Below are positions 51,190-62,498 of a DNA stretch of 64,000 bases, one piece after another (position 1 is the first letter of the stretch; every line of letters begins with the position of its first letter). Location of the stretch: positions 1 through 64,000 of the forward strand of contig JBCCHT010000013.1 in NCBI GenBank assembly GCA_039028615.1. The letters are read 5' to 3'. A program made the translations under genes and the position numbers. The notes beneath the pieces are model-generated. The model had not been told where the DNA came from, ran no database searches, and was given only the letters and a program-made list of their open reading frames with translations. The stretch comes from Myxococcota bacterium (GTDB lineage: Bacteria > Myxococcota_A > Polyangia > Nannocystales > Nannocystaceae).

Positions 51190-52091
51190 GCGTCGTCGCC
51201 CCGCGCGATGAGCTGGCCTCGGCGCTGGGCCGCGTCGCGGAGGGCCGAGGCCACATCCCCGCGAAAACCTCCGCCGACGCTGTCGTGCATGCCCAGCAGC
51301 GTCCGGCCCGGCCATCGCAGCACGGCTCGCCAGCTGCGGTCGATGGCCTCCGGGTCGATCATCTTCCGATGCACCGCGACTCGCCCGAGCTTCACGGTGC
51401 GGCGGACGACGAAGGGCAGGGCGGCGTGGGCCTGCGGCGTGAACGAGGGGGCGAGGTTTTCTCCTCCGATCACGGTGTCCGTGGCCCGGTGGTAGAGCCA
51501 TAGCTCGTCGTAGGGATCGGTGCTCGACAGCAGCCGCCGGGCGGCGACGATGGTGGCCCACAGCGAGTCGGCACCGCCCGCGAGCGGCGAAGCGAACTCG
51601 GGCGGCCCGAGGAACTCGGTGAACGTGACCGCTTCGAGTTGCGCGGCGTAGTGGGGCAGGGGATCGCCCGGATCCATGGTGTCGACCCGCGGCCGGGCCA
51701 GCAGCTCTCGCCCTTGGGTGGTGTGCGGGACGCGTCGCGCCCCGACGCGGAGCTGCGCCTGCGGAAACTCGTCGTGCCAGGCGCCCATATAGGCGTGGTG
51801 CCCTCCGCTGGTCGACACGACCTCGCGGACGTCGAGCCCGGTCTCGGCGCACACGCGACGCACCGCGGGAAACGCCTGCACGGGGTCGGTGGCGTTGAAC
51901 ACGACGAGCCCCGGGCGCCCCGTGCCCGCATCGGTGAGCCGCAGGATGAACGAGCGATTGTTGGCCTCGGGGAACCGGGACAGCCCCGCGCCGTGGTGCC
52001 GCGTGGCGAGCAGCCAAAAGCCCTCGGCGACCGGGACGGCCTGTCCGTAGGCCTCGCGCTGCAGCGCCAGCCCGTCATCACTCGGAGGCAT
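51186..52091 (-). CDS. Hypothetical protein, MBL-fold/DUF4336-like
   Basis: VVSTSGGHHAYM, ELWLYHRATDTV, LLGMHD. Confidence 0.6.
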   Translation of the reverse strand: MPPSDDGLALQREAYGQAVPVAEGFWLLATRHHGAGLSRFPEANNRSFILRLTDAGTGRPGLVVFNATDPVQAFPAVRRVCAETGLDVREVVSTSGGHHAYMGAWHDEFPQAQLRVGARRVPHTTQGRELLARPRVDTMDPGDPLPHYAAQLEAVTFTEFLGPPEFASPLAGGADSLWATIVAARRLLSSTDPYDELWLYHRATDTVIGGENLAPSFTPQAHAALPFVVRRTVKLGRVAVHRKMIDPEAIDRSWRAVLRWPGRTLLGMHDSVGGGFRGDVASALRDAAQRRGQLIARGDDA

Positions 52092-52180
52092 GTCCTCGGT
52101 GTATCGCGTCGTGGCGCCGATCTGACCGCGGCAGGCCGGGTTGCTTCACCCGTGTCGGCCGACGTATAGCCCGAGCGACG

Positions 52181-52888
52181 ATGCCGACCCCGCTGGACAT
52201 CCTCTTCCGGGATGAGCACCTCGTGGCGGTGCGCAAGCCCTCCGGGATGGCCGTGCATCGCAGCGACCAGGTCCAGGACCATCGCCCGGCGCTGCAGACC
52301 CTGCGCAATCAGCTGCGGCAGTGGGTCTACCCCGTGCATCGTCTCGACCGCGGCACCTCGGGCGTCCTGCTCTTTGCCCTCGATCCCGACACGGCCGCCG
52401 CCGTCGGTCGTCAGCTCACCGAGCGCCAGGTGGACAAACGCTATCTCGCGGTGGTCCGGGGCTATGCGCCCGAGGACCTCGAGATCGACTACGCCCTCCG
52501 GGAAGACAAGCAGCAGACGGCCAAGCCCGCGCAGTCGACCCTACGGCGTCTCGGTACCGTGGAGTTGCCGATCCCCGTCGGTCGCTATCCCCAGGCGCGC
52601 TACTCCTTGGTCGAGCTACAGCCCCACACCGGTCGGTCTCGCCAGCTCCGCAAGCACATGGCGCACATTCGTCATCCGATCGCGGGCGACGTCAGCCATG
52701 GTGAGGGGCGGCACAATCGGCTCTTCCGCGAGCACTTCGGCGTGCATCGCCTGCTGCTGCACGCCCATCGTCTCGAACTGACCCACCCGCATGGTGGCGA
52801 GCCGCTTCACATCGAAGCTCCGGTGGGCGACGAACTCCGCCGACTCTTCGACGCTCTCGGCTGGAACAACCTGCCCGCCGCTCGATGA
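52181..52888 (+). CDS. truC: tRNA pseudouridine(65) synthase, TruC-like
   Basis: KPSGMAVH, HRLDRGTSG, GRYPQARYSLVELQPHTGR, HPIAGD..GRHNR. Confidence 0.8.
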   Translation: MPTPLDILFRDEHLVAVRKPSGMAVHRSDQVQDHRPALQTLRNQLRQWVYPVHRLDRGTSGVLLFALDPDTAAAVGRQLTERQVDKRYLAVVRGYAPEDLEIDYALREDKQQTAKPAQSTLRRLGTVELPIPVGRYPQARYSLVELQPHTGRSRQLRKHMAHIRHPIAGDVSHGEGRHNRLFREHFGVHRLLLHAHRLELTHPHGGEPLHIEAPVGDELRRLFDALGWNNLPAAR

Positions 52889-53020
52889 CGAAACTCGGCT
52901 CTTCCGTACCCCGGGTCGAGTCGGCGACAAAGTCCGAAATCCGGCCTCCATTCGGGCTTGCGTTCGTCGTCGTGTCAGCCATCCTGCGCGACGTTCGTAT
53001 AGGCGGACGCGACGACCTTC

Positions 53021-54166
53021 ATGCCCGACTCCTCCTTCTCCCTCGACGAAACCGCGATTCGGCGAACCGCGCTGGCGTTGTTCACTGACCCGCAAATGGA
53101 CGTGCGAGCCAACCTCGCGCTGTCCCCCGTGTCCCTGTGGCTCATGTTGGTGGTGCTGCAGGCGGCGGCCCGCGGGGAGACGGCACGGGCGCTCGCGGAA
53201 CTCACCGGGGTGACGGGAGCGGTGGGCCCCATCATCGACGCGCCTTTCGCTGCACTCGGCTCGGCCGGGCCCGCGGATGCAGCGAAGCGGGTGACGGCGT
53301 CGGCCCTGCACGCGGGCATCCTGCTCGCCATCGACGAGGGCTACCCGCTCCACGAGTCGTTCATGCGCGAGGTGAGGGGCCCGCTCACCGAGGTCATGCG
53401 CTTGCCCTTCGCAGACGCGGAGCCCAGTGCCGCGGCGATCAACGCTTGGATCTCCAGATCCACCCACGGCCTCATCGCGGAGCCGGTCCTCCCTTCGGCT
53501 CTGGCCGCACCCGTGCGGATGTTGCCGACCACGGCGGTGGGTTTCGACGCGCGCTGGCGCGACCCCATGAACCCGGCGGGTCGACGGCGCTTCGATGGCT
53601 TCGACCGGCGACTCGAAGTCCCGATGTCGACGCTGACCAAGCGGCTGCCCTACGCACAAAACGACGACGTCCAAGCCGTTGCGTTGCCCTACGCCGACAC
53701 TCCGTTCGAGGCCATCGTCCTCCGTCCCCGGCGGTCCGGTCCCGAGGCGTTTGCCCGCGCCCGGGCGACCCCCACCGACGACCTTCTCGCTCAGTTGGAA
53801 GAGCACCGCGTCGAGGTGCACCTGCCTTCGTTCGCGCTCGAGTGCGACGTCACCCTCGGCGAATCCCTCGCGCGTCTCGCCCCGGCGCCGATCTTCGGGC
53901 TCGACACCGACTACGGTGGGGCCAGCGCCGAACCGGGCCTCACCGTCGAGGCCCTACGCCAGCTCGTACGCATCGAGGTCGACGCCCTGGGGACCAAGGC
54001 CGCGGCCGTCACCACCGCGAAGGTCTTCGGTCATATCCCCGTGAAGCACAAGGAGCCCGAGACGATCCGATTGCACTTCGATCGCCCCTTCCTCCTGTTC
54101 ATCTGGGACCCGCAGAGCCAGGTGGTGCTCTTCATGGCCCAAATCGTCGAACCCCAGGCGAGCTGA
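53021..54166 (+). CDS. Serpin family protein
   Basis: NLALSPVS, INAWISRSTHGLI, VALPY, LPSF, GTKAAAVT hinge, FDRPFLLFI. Confidence 0.88.
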   Translation: MPDSSFSLDETAIRRTALALFTDPQMDVRANLALSPVSLWLMLVVLQAAARGETARALAELTGVTGAVGPIIDAPFAALGSAGPADAAKRVTASALHAGILLAIDEGYPLHESFMREVRGPLTEVMRLPFADAEPSAAAINAWISRSTHGLIAEPVLPSALAAPVRMLPTTAVGFDARWRDPMNPAGRRRFDGFDRRLEVPMSTLTKRLPYAQNDDVQAVALPYADTPFEAIVLRPRRSGPEAFARARATPTDDLLAQLEEHRVEVHLPSFALECDVTLGESLARLAPAPIFGLDTDYGGASAEPGLTVEALRQLVRIEVDALGTKAAAVTTAKVFGHIPVKHKEPETIRLHFDRPFLLFIWDPQSQVVLFMAQIVEPQAS

Positions 54167-54181
54167 GGCGACGCGGTGCGG

Positions 54182-55909
54182 CTAGTTGGGCGCGTCGCCG
54201 TGCCGCATCCGCAGCCACATGCCGACTTGCTGCACGGTGAGCAGCCCGGTGGTCCGCGTCAGGTCGACGCTGCCGTCGAGGTCGCGTTCGAGGCCGTTGA
54301 GCTCCATGTGCAGGCGCATCAGGACGTTGTCGGCCAGCGCTTGCTGATGCTCGCCGATGCCCAGCGCGGCGCAGCGCTCGGCGAACTCGCGACCGATGGC
54401 GCCCACGAGCTGGCGGGCATCGAGCAGGTTGTCGGCGGCCCAGGCGAGGTCGTCGGCGGTGAGCGGTGCCATGGTGGGGCCGGCCCCGGGCAGTCGCGCG
54501 TGCACCAGTGCGGTGCGCAGCAGGTCGCCCATGCACAGCCGCTCGGGCTCGTCGATGCGATCGAGCCACACGGGGTCGATGCCGAAACCATCGGGGTCGA
54601 AGCACAGCTGAGCCAGGGCCCCGGCCTCGGCGACCTTGATGGTGGCTCGGGCCACGTCGGGCAGCCCGGTCAGGGGGCGGGTGCCCTTGCCCTTTTCGAG
54701 GGGAAGCTCGGGGAAGAGCTGGCACAGAGTGGCGATGGTGGGACCCCAGGGGCGATCGAGCAGGGAGCCGGGGCTGCCCAACGAGACGCGGCCGCTCTTG
54801 TGCAGGGCCATGGCGGCCGACCGCACCTTGTCGAGCCCGCCGTAGCCGACGCGGAACACCGAGCGCAGGCCGATGGCCGCGACGCGCTCGGCGAGGAAGA
54901 CCTCGGTCTCCGTGTCCTTGGGTGCCTCGCGACCGAGCAGCTCCAGACCCAGCGAGATGGTGGCCTGGGTCTGATCGATCGCCCGCTCTTGCAGCTTCTC
55001 GTCCCCGGCGTCGAAGCGCTGGGCGGACATCATCTCGGCGACCAGCAGCAAGAACTCGCGCGTGCGCAGCCCGTGCTCGGCCGGCTCGAGCCGCATCATG
55101 ACCCGGCGCAGCAGCTCGGGCCCGCGCCAGCGCATGGCGGGCTCGAGCCCTTCGACGTCGCTGAGGTGGCGGAAGTCCATGGCTTCCTGCGTGGCGGCGA
55201 CCCGATGGTCGAGCGGACGCAGCAGCAGCATGGCTTGCTCCCACTCCACGAACCCGAGCTCGGCGAGCCGACCGTTGCGGAAGCGCAGCAGGTCTTCCTC
55301 GGCTTCGGCGGTCATCAGGGCCTGGATGGAAAGGCATAGCTTGCGGCCTTCGCCCAGGTCGTCCTCGAATACGCGCGAGATGGTCTGTAGGGTGCTGCGG
55401 CCGAGCTCGTCGTCGGGCACGCCCACGATGAAGTAGCCGTCGGGCGTCTCCCAGGTGTGCAGCGAGCCCATCGAGGCGAAGATCTGGTCGCGGGAATCGT
55501 CTTGGTCGGGGGCGATGTCTGCGACCATCGTGCCCGCGGCCAGGGCCACCGTCCAAAACTCGGGGTCCATCTCGTACATGAGGTCCGCCAGCGCGCCGCG
55601 GGGGCGATCGCCGGTCCCGAACTCGGCAATGGCATGCAGCCAGACCCGAGCGCGGCGAATGTCGATGCGGTCGCGGACCCAGCCGTCGAGATCCATCAAG
55701 CTGGTGAGCTGCTCGGGCGTGGCGTGGGGCAGCAGGATGTCGAGGCGCTTTTCGTCCCGCAGGCGTCGGGCGATCCGCACGAAGGTCGCAGGGGCCAACG
55801 CGGGGATGAGCACGGGGGCGTCCTCCCGCGCTTCGAGGACCAGCGGATCGTCGTCGAGGGCCCGCAGGTCGTCGGCGTCGAGGAGGGTGGGGGAATGCGG
55901 GCCGGCCAC
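54182..55909 (-). CDS. Conserved hypothetical protein (DUF6178-like)
   Basis: ATPEQLTSLMDLDGW, EEDLLRFRNGRLAELGF, VFRVGY. Confidence 0.7.
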   Translation of the reverse strand: MAGPHSPTLLDADDLRALDDDPLVLEAREDAPVLIPALAPATFVRIARRLRDEKRLDILLPHATPEQLTSLMDLDGWVRDRIDIRRARVWLHAIAEFGTGDRPRGALADLMYEMDPEFWTVALAAGTMVADIAPDQDDSRDQIFASMGSLHTWETPDGYFIVGVPDDELGRSTLQTISRVFEDDLGEGRKLCLSIQALMTAEAEEDLLRFRNGRLAELGFVEWEQAMLLLRPLDHRVAATQEAMDFRHLSDVEGLEPAMRWRGPELLRRVMMRLEPAEHGLRTREFLLLVAEMMSAQRFDAGDEKLQERAIDQTQATISLGLELLGREAPKDTETEVFLAERVAAIGLRSVFRVGYGGLDKVRSAAMALHKSGRVSLGSPGSLLDRPWGPTIATLCQLFPELPLEKGKGTRPLTGLPDVARATIKVAEAGALAQLCFDPDGFGIDPVWLDRIDEPERLCMGDLLRTALVHARLPGAGPTMAPLTADDLAWAADNLLDARQLVGAIGREFAERCAALGIGEHQQALADNVLMRLHMELNGLERDLDGSVDLTRTTGLLTVQQVGMWLRMRHGDAPN

Positions 55910-55942
55910 GAGGCGTGAGGTACTATCTCAAGGGGGCTCGAC

Positions 55943-57094
55943 GTGCCACCTCGACACCCGAGCATCGCCCACGCGCTGGGTTTCGTACGACGCCGACTCG
56001 GCGCGCTGGGCCCGTGGGAGTCCGCGTCGCCATGGCGGCGGCGGGTGCACGTGGCGTGCTCGGGCGGCCCCGACTCGGTGACGTTGGTGGGTCTGCTGCA
56101 CCTGCTGGCCGAACGCGAGGGGCTCGTGCTGTCGGTGGGGCACGTGGACCACGGGCTGCGCCCCGAGTCCGCGGACGAAGGACGGCTGGTGCAGGCGCTG
56201 GCCGAGTCGTGCGGGCTGCCCTTCGCCTCCACCCGCCTTCAGCTCACGACCGGGTCGGGGTTGGCCGCGCGCGCCCGCGAGGCCCGACGCGAGGCGCTCG
56301 CCGAGCAGGCCCGAACGCACGGGGCTTCGGTTGTCGCGCTGGGGCACACCGCCACCGATCAAGCGGAGACCATGCTGCTGCACCTCAGCCGCGGGGCGGG
56401 GCTCGAGGGCTTGGCGGCGATGGCCGAGCTGGATTCCGCGGACCCCACCGATCCGGCGACGATGGCACGCTGGCGGCCGCTGCTCGATCTCGACCGCGTC
56501 CAGACCCGCGAGCTCGCCACCCGCATGGAGCTGACCTTCGTGGACGATCCGACGAACGTCGATCCTCGGCATCCCCGGGTGAAGGTTCGGCACGAGGTCT
56601 TGCCCGTGCTGCGTGCGCTCAACCCCAAGGTGGAAGGGGCGTTGGCTCGGGCGGCCGCGCATGCCCGTCAGGCCGACGATGCGCTCGCCCAGTGGGTGGA
56701 GACGGAGTGGACGCAGCGGCGATCCGAGGCGGATCGGACCCCGGGAATCGACGGATCCGGCGCCGAGCCATCCATGGGCCAAGCTCACGCCGGGCCCCCC
56801 CCTGGCCCGAAGGCGTCCGTAACCTCGGGGGCCTGGTGGTCGACCGAAGGAATGGAGGGGCTACCCGTTGCAGTACGAACACGGTTCGTTCGGCGGGTCT
56901 GTCGAGCCGCGGGGGCGCCGGACGATGCGCTGGCCGCCCGTACCCTCGCGTCGATCGACGACGCGCTCGCTTCCCCGGGTCCTGCCCGGTCGTGGGATCT
57001 TCATCCTCACCTTCGCTTGTGCATTGCTTCGGGGCGCCTGTGGATCGAGCCCTCCACGGACTGCGCACCCCGCGGTCAACCATTGACCCTCTAG
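55943..57094 (+). CDS. tilS: tRNA(Ile)-lysidine synthase
   Basis: VACSGGPDS, HVDHGLR, GHTATDQAETML, RPLL, DPTN; upstream of ftsH. Confidence 0.92.
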   Translation: MPPRHPSIAHALGFVRRRLGALGPWESASPWRRRVHVACSGGPDSVTLVGLLHLLAEREGLVLSVGHVDHGLRPESADEGRLVQALAESCGLPFASTRLQLTTGSGLAARAREARREALAEQARTHGASVVALGHTATDQAETMLLHLSRGAGLEGLAAMAELDSADPTDPATMARWRPLLDLDRVQTRELATRMELTFVDDPTNVDPRHPRVKVRHEVLPVLRALNPKVEGALARAAAHARQADDALAQWVETEWTQRRSEADRTPGIDGSGAEPSMGQAHAGPPPGPKASVTSGAWWSTEGMEGLPVAVRTRFVRRVCRAAGAPDDALAARTLASIDDALASPGPARSWDLHPHLRLCIASGRLWIEPSTDCAPRGQPLTL

Positions 57095-57111
57095 AGACCC
57101 AGGGCTATGCT
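57083..57111 (+). promoter_or_regulatory. Sigma70 promoter of ftsH
   Basis: TTGACC-N17-TATGCT, 21 nt upstream of the GTG start. Confidence 0.65.
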
Positions 57112-57132
57112 CCCCGCTGCCGGTAAACGCGC

Positions 57133-59064
<1,932 letters not shown>

Positions 59065-59083
59065 GCGTTACCCGTCGCCAACG

Positions 59084-59125
59084 AAAAACCGCCGCTCCCG
59101 GACTCCGGGGCGGCGGTTTCTTCTT
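59084..59125. terminator. Bidirectional rho-independent terminator
   Basis: AAAAACCGCCGCTCCCGG-ACT-CCGGGGCGGCGGTTTCTTCTT between convergent ftsH and tlpA-like genes. Confidence 0.8.
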
Positions 59126-59140
59126 GGTTGCCTCGGGGCG

Positions 59141-59692
59141 TTAGGTCTGAGCCTCGGCCAGCGCCGACTCGATCTGCTTGGTCAGCTCGGGATCGTTGGG
59201 GTGAATCATCCCGTTGCGACGCCACAGGATGTTGCCCTTGCGTCCGATGAGGATGGAGGTCGGGTACCCCGTGATCTTCCAGTCCGACAGCGCCAAGCCC
59301 TCGGGGTCGAAGAGCATGGGGTAGTGCAGCCCGTGCTGACGCACGCGGACGTGGACTTGCTGCAGCATCTGACGCTTGTCGACGCTGACGCCCAGGACGG
59401 AAAAGCCCTTGGGGTTGAGGTCGTCGTGCAGCCGGGCCAGCTCGGGCAGCTCCTTGTTGCAGGGCTTGCACCACGTGGCCCAGACGTTGATCAGCACGAC
59501 CTGCCCGCGAAGATCGGACAGCGCCACGCGCTCGCCGTCGATGGTCTTGCCGGCGAGGGTCGGGGCCGGCTTACCGACGGGGGAGCCGGCGTTGCGGCCG
59601 AAGGGGGACGCGTCGTCACCCGAGCCGCACGCCAGGGGCAGGCTCGAGGTCAGGGCAACGGCGAGGGACAGCGCGAGTTTGGAGTGCTTCAC
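59141..59692 (-). CDS. TlpA/ResA-family thiol-disulfide oxidoreductase lipoprotein
   Basis: PLAC lipobox; INVWATWCKPC; GYPTS. Confidence 0.88.
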   Translation of the reverse strand: MKHSKLALSLAVALTSSLPLACGSGDDASPFGRNAGSPVGKPAPTLAGKTIDGERVALSDLRGQVVLINVWATWCKPCNKELPELARLHDDLNPKGFSVLGVSVDKRQMLQQVHVRVRQHGLHYPMLFDPEGLALSDWKITGYPTSILIGRKGNILWRRNGMIHPNDPELTKQIESALAEAQT

Positions 59693-59818
59693 GGCAAGCC
59701 AGCGGGAACGAACGATCCCGCGCGTGCGGCAGGCCGTCAAGCGCGAGGGGCCACGCGAAAAGACCTCGCGCGCCGTGGGCACGCGAGGTCTCCTTCAACG
59801 CGGGGGGAGTGGTTGGCT

Positions 59819-60385
59819 TCAGGCGGCGGCCGCCACCGAAGAGCCGTAGCCCATGGTGTTGGCGTACTCGGTGAGGCTGTTGCGCATGAGGCGACGGGCA
59901 CGATGCAGTCGGCTCATGACGGTGCCGAGCGGGATGTCGAGAGCCTCGGCGGCCTCCTTGTAGGCGAGCCCCTTGAGGTCCACCAGCTCCACCACCTCGC
60001 GGTAGTGCGCGGGTAGGGCGTCGAGGGCCTCGTGGACTTCGTCGGACAGCGAATCGGAATGCCAGGACCCCTCTGGGGCGTTGGCTTCTTGCATGCGGCG
60101 GCGGTCGAACAGGTGCTCCACCAAGTCGCTGCGAGCGGCCGCGGCATTGACCACCCGAGCGTGGCGATGCCGAGAGATGAACGTGTTGACCACGATGCGC
60201 GCCAGGTAGGCGCCGACGCTTCCGCCCTGGTCGAAGCGGTCCCAGTTGGCCCAGGCGCGGCACAGAGCTTCCTGCACCAAGTCCGAGGCCTCGCTCGGCT
60301 GTCGCGTCATCCGCATACCCAGGCGGAACAGGCGGGGCATGTGGGGTTCGACGAGCGCGGTGAAGTCGGGGGCGGCGGCGGTCAT
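59819..60385 (-). CDS. ECF sigma factor (SigH/SigR-like)
   Basis: ASDLVQEA, YKEAAEALDIPLGTVMSRLHRAR. Confidence 0.9.
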   Translation of the reverse strand: MTAAAPDFTALVEPHMPRLFRLGMRMTRQPSEASDLVQEALCRAWANWDRFDQGGSVGAYLARIVVNTFISRHRHARVVNAAAARSDLVEHLFDRRRMQEANAPEGSWHSDSLSDEVHEALDALPAHYREVVELVDLKGLAYKEAAEALDIPLGTVMSRLHRARRLMRNSLTEYANTMGYGSSVAAAA

Positions 60386-60551
60386 GCCCCCCTAAGGAGC
60401 AAGAAGGTGACCGAAGCGGAAAAGTCTTTGATCTCGCGGAGTTGACCCATGACGCCTGTCCAGGTGTCGTGTTTGATTGCAATACGCACCTGTGGTTGCA
60501 CTTTATTGTCGCAAACACTCCAGACGGCGCGGAGACGGCGTCTTTTTGTGT

Positions 60552-62498
60552 CTAGGGGGCGGGATCGCGGGCGGGCAGGGTCTCGATCTCGGGGCTGCCC
60601 TCGCCGCGGGCGAAACCGGGAACCAGCGCCCAGCGCCACGCGCCATGCCCCACCGTGGGTACCCACAGCCGCCATCCATCGAGCTGCACTTCGACTTCGC
60701 TCGGGGGGTCGGCCCAGGGAAAGCTGGGGGCGCGGCGCAAGAACAAGCCGGGGCGGGTGGTCGCGCTCGGGTTCGAGTCTCGATGCTCCCGGGCGAACGC
60801 GGCCGCGGCTCGGACGGCGGGATCCGAGTCCTCCAGCGCGAGCAGGGCCAGGCGAGCCCGGGTGGTGCGGTCGATGTCCTTGGCGTCCACGAACGCCAGC
60901 CCCACGGCGGCGTTCGTGCGGACGGTGCCGCGGGGGTCGACCAGCAGCGCAGCCAGGCGCTCGGTGTCGCCGTGGCGGCCCAAGGCGAGGGCGACACACG
61001 CTCTGATCTGCTCGTGGGGGTCGGTGGCGAGCTCGGCCCACCGCCGGGCATCGCGACGCTCGGGCGTGCGCGCGCCCAAGGCCGCGATGGCGAGGCAGCG
61101 GTCCGCGGTCGCGATGGTGCGATCGCGAGCCCAGCCCTCGAGGCGCGCGCGGGCCTCGGCATCGCGCTCGGTGCTCCAGCCATCGGGGCTGGCGGCCAGG
61201 CTCAGCACCCAGCTGCGGCGGCTGGCGATGACCCCGGGCCGAGCCACTTCCGCGACGGCCATGGGCACCCGCCAGGCGGGGTCGCGCTGCGCCAGGGTCC
61301 AGCCCGCTCGCAGTCGGGCGAGTCGGTCGCCCTCGCGCATGCGCTGGCGCCAGGCGGGTCGATCGTCGTCGCCGGGCCAGGGGGAGGGCAGCAGCGAGGG
61401 CACGGCGGCCGGGTTCAGGGCGGAGACGAGCAGCTGGACCTCGACCTCGATGGGCGGCGCGAGTCCGCGGGCGAGCGCGTCTTCGAGGGCGGCGCGGGCG
61501 TCCTCGCCGAAGAGCAATAGGGCCTGCAGGGCGGCTTCGCGGCGAGGCGGCTCGTCGAGGCGCGCGACCAGTCCTTCGATGAGCTCGGGGCCCGGGTCGG
61601 CACGTCGACCGATGGTGTCCGCGATCTGCATCTCGTTGAGCCCGGGCGGCGGGTTGTCGAGCAGCGTCAGCAGGTCGGTCTCGACGCTGGGATCGGGCTG
61701 CATGGCCAGCGCCTCGAGGAGCTCGGTCGCGACCGAGGCCTCGTTGGGCGTGGCGATGGCCCGGCGCAGGGCCGGGACCGCGGTCGGGTCGCGGCGATGA
61801 CCCAGCGCTTGGGCGGCGGCGGCTCGGACGGTGGGCTCGGGGTCGCTGAGCAGGCGGGCGATGGACAAGGTGCCGTCGCCGGGCCCCAGCAAGCCCAGGC
61901 TGAGCACGGCCCGGCGTCGCACCAGCGCGGAGACGTCGGCGAGCTTGGCCAACAACGCGGTGCGCACCTGCGGGCGAACCTTGGGGCCGAGCGGGGCGGT
62001 GCCCAGGAAGTCGGCCGCCTGGGCGCGGATGACCTCGGCCGGGTCGCGCAGGGCCTCGATGAGGATGGCGGCCTGGGTGGGCCCGAGGTCGAGGGCGAGG
62101 ACCTTGAGCGCGGCGACCCGAACGGTGGCTTGACCTCCGCGTGACCACATCGCGGCCGCGTGGGGGATGCAGGCCGAGATTTCGCGTTCGAAGCACAGGC
62201 GCAGGGCCTCGCGACGCACCTGGGCGGAGCCGTCGTCCAGAGCGTGCAGGACCGAGGGCTCGATGGCCCCGGTGGCGAACTGGTCGAGCTGCTGGATGGC
62301 GGTGACGCGCTGACGCTCGCCGAACACGTGCTCGCCGCGGGCGTCTCGCATGAGCGGGGCGGCCACGCGGTGAATCTCGGTGGGCCAGGTGGGCCAGCGT
62401 GGAGCGGCCGACGCGGTGACGGGTACGCCCAGGCCGATGCACAGCGCCAAGGCCAGGCCGCCGCGCCGACGGCCACGGTGTGTCGATGAGCTGCTCAC
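60552..62498 (-). CDS. Exported HEAT-repeat protein
   Basis: Signal peptide (ASA); repeated LxDxxxxVRxxAAxALG. Confidence 0.8.
   Translation of the reverse strand: MSSSSTHRGRRRGGLALALCIGLGVPVTASAAPRWPTWPTEIHRVAAPLMRDARGEHVFGERQRVTAIQQLDQFATGAIEPSVLHALDDGSAQVRREALRLCFEREISACIPHAAAMWSRGGQATVRVAALKVLALDLGPTQAAILIEALRDPAEVIRAQAADFLGTAPLGPKVRPQVRTALLAKLADVSALVRRRAVLSLGLLGPGDGTLSIARLLSDPEPTVRAAAAQALGHRRDPTAVPALRRAIATPNEASVATELLEALAMQPDPSVETDLLTLLDNPPPGLNEMQIADTIGRRADPGPELIEGLVARLDEPPRREAALQALLLFGEDARAALEDALARGLAPPIEVEVQLLVSALNPAAVPSLLPSPWPGDDDRPAWRQRMREGDRLARLRAGWTLAQRDPAWRVPMAVAEVARPGVIASRRSWVLSLAASPDGWSTERDAEARARLEGWARDRTIATADRCLAIAALGARTPERRDARRWAELATDPHEQIRACVALALGRHGDTERLAALLVDPRGTVRTNAAVGLAFVDAKDIDRTTRARLALLALEDSDPAVRAAAAFAREHRDSNPSATTRPGLFLRRAPSFPWADPPSEVEVQLDGWRLWVPTVGHGAWRWALVPGFARGEGSPEIETLPARDPAP

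Noticed and set aside
60382..62442. 686-aa alternative-frame ORF
   Set aside because: Arg/Pro-rich off-frame product overlapping the HEAT-repeat gene.
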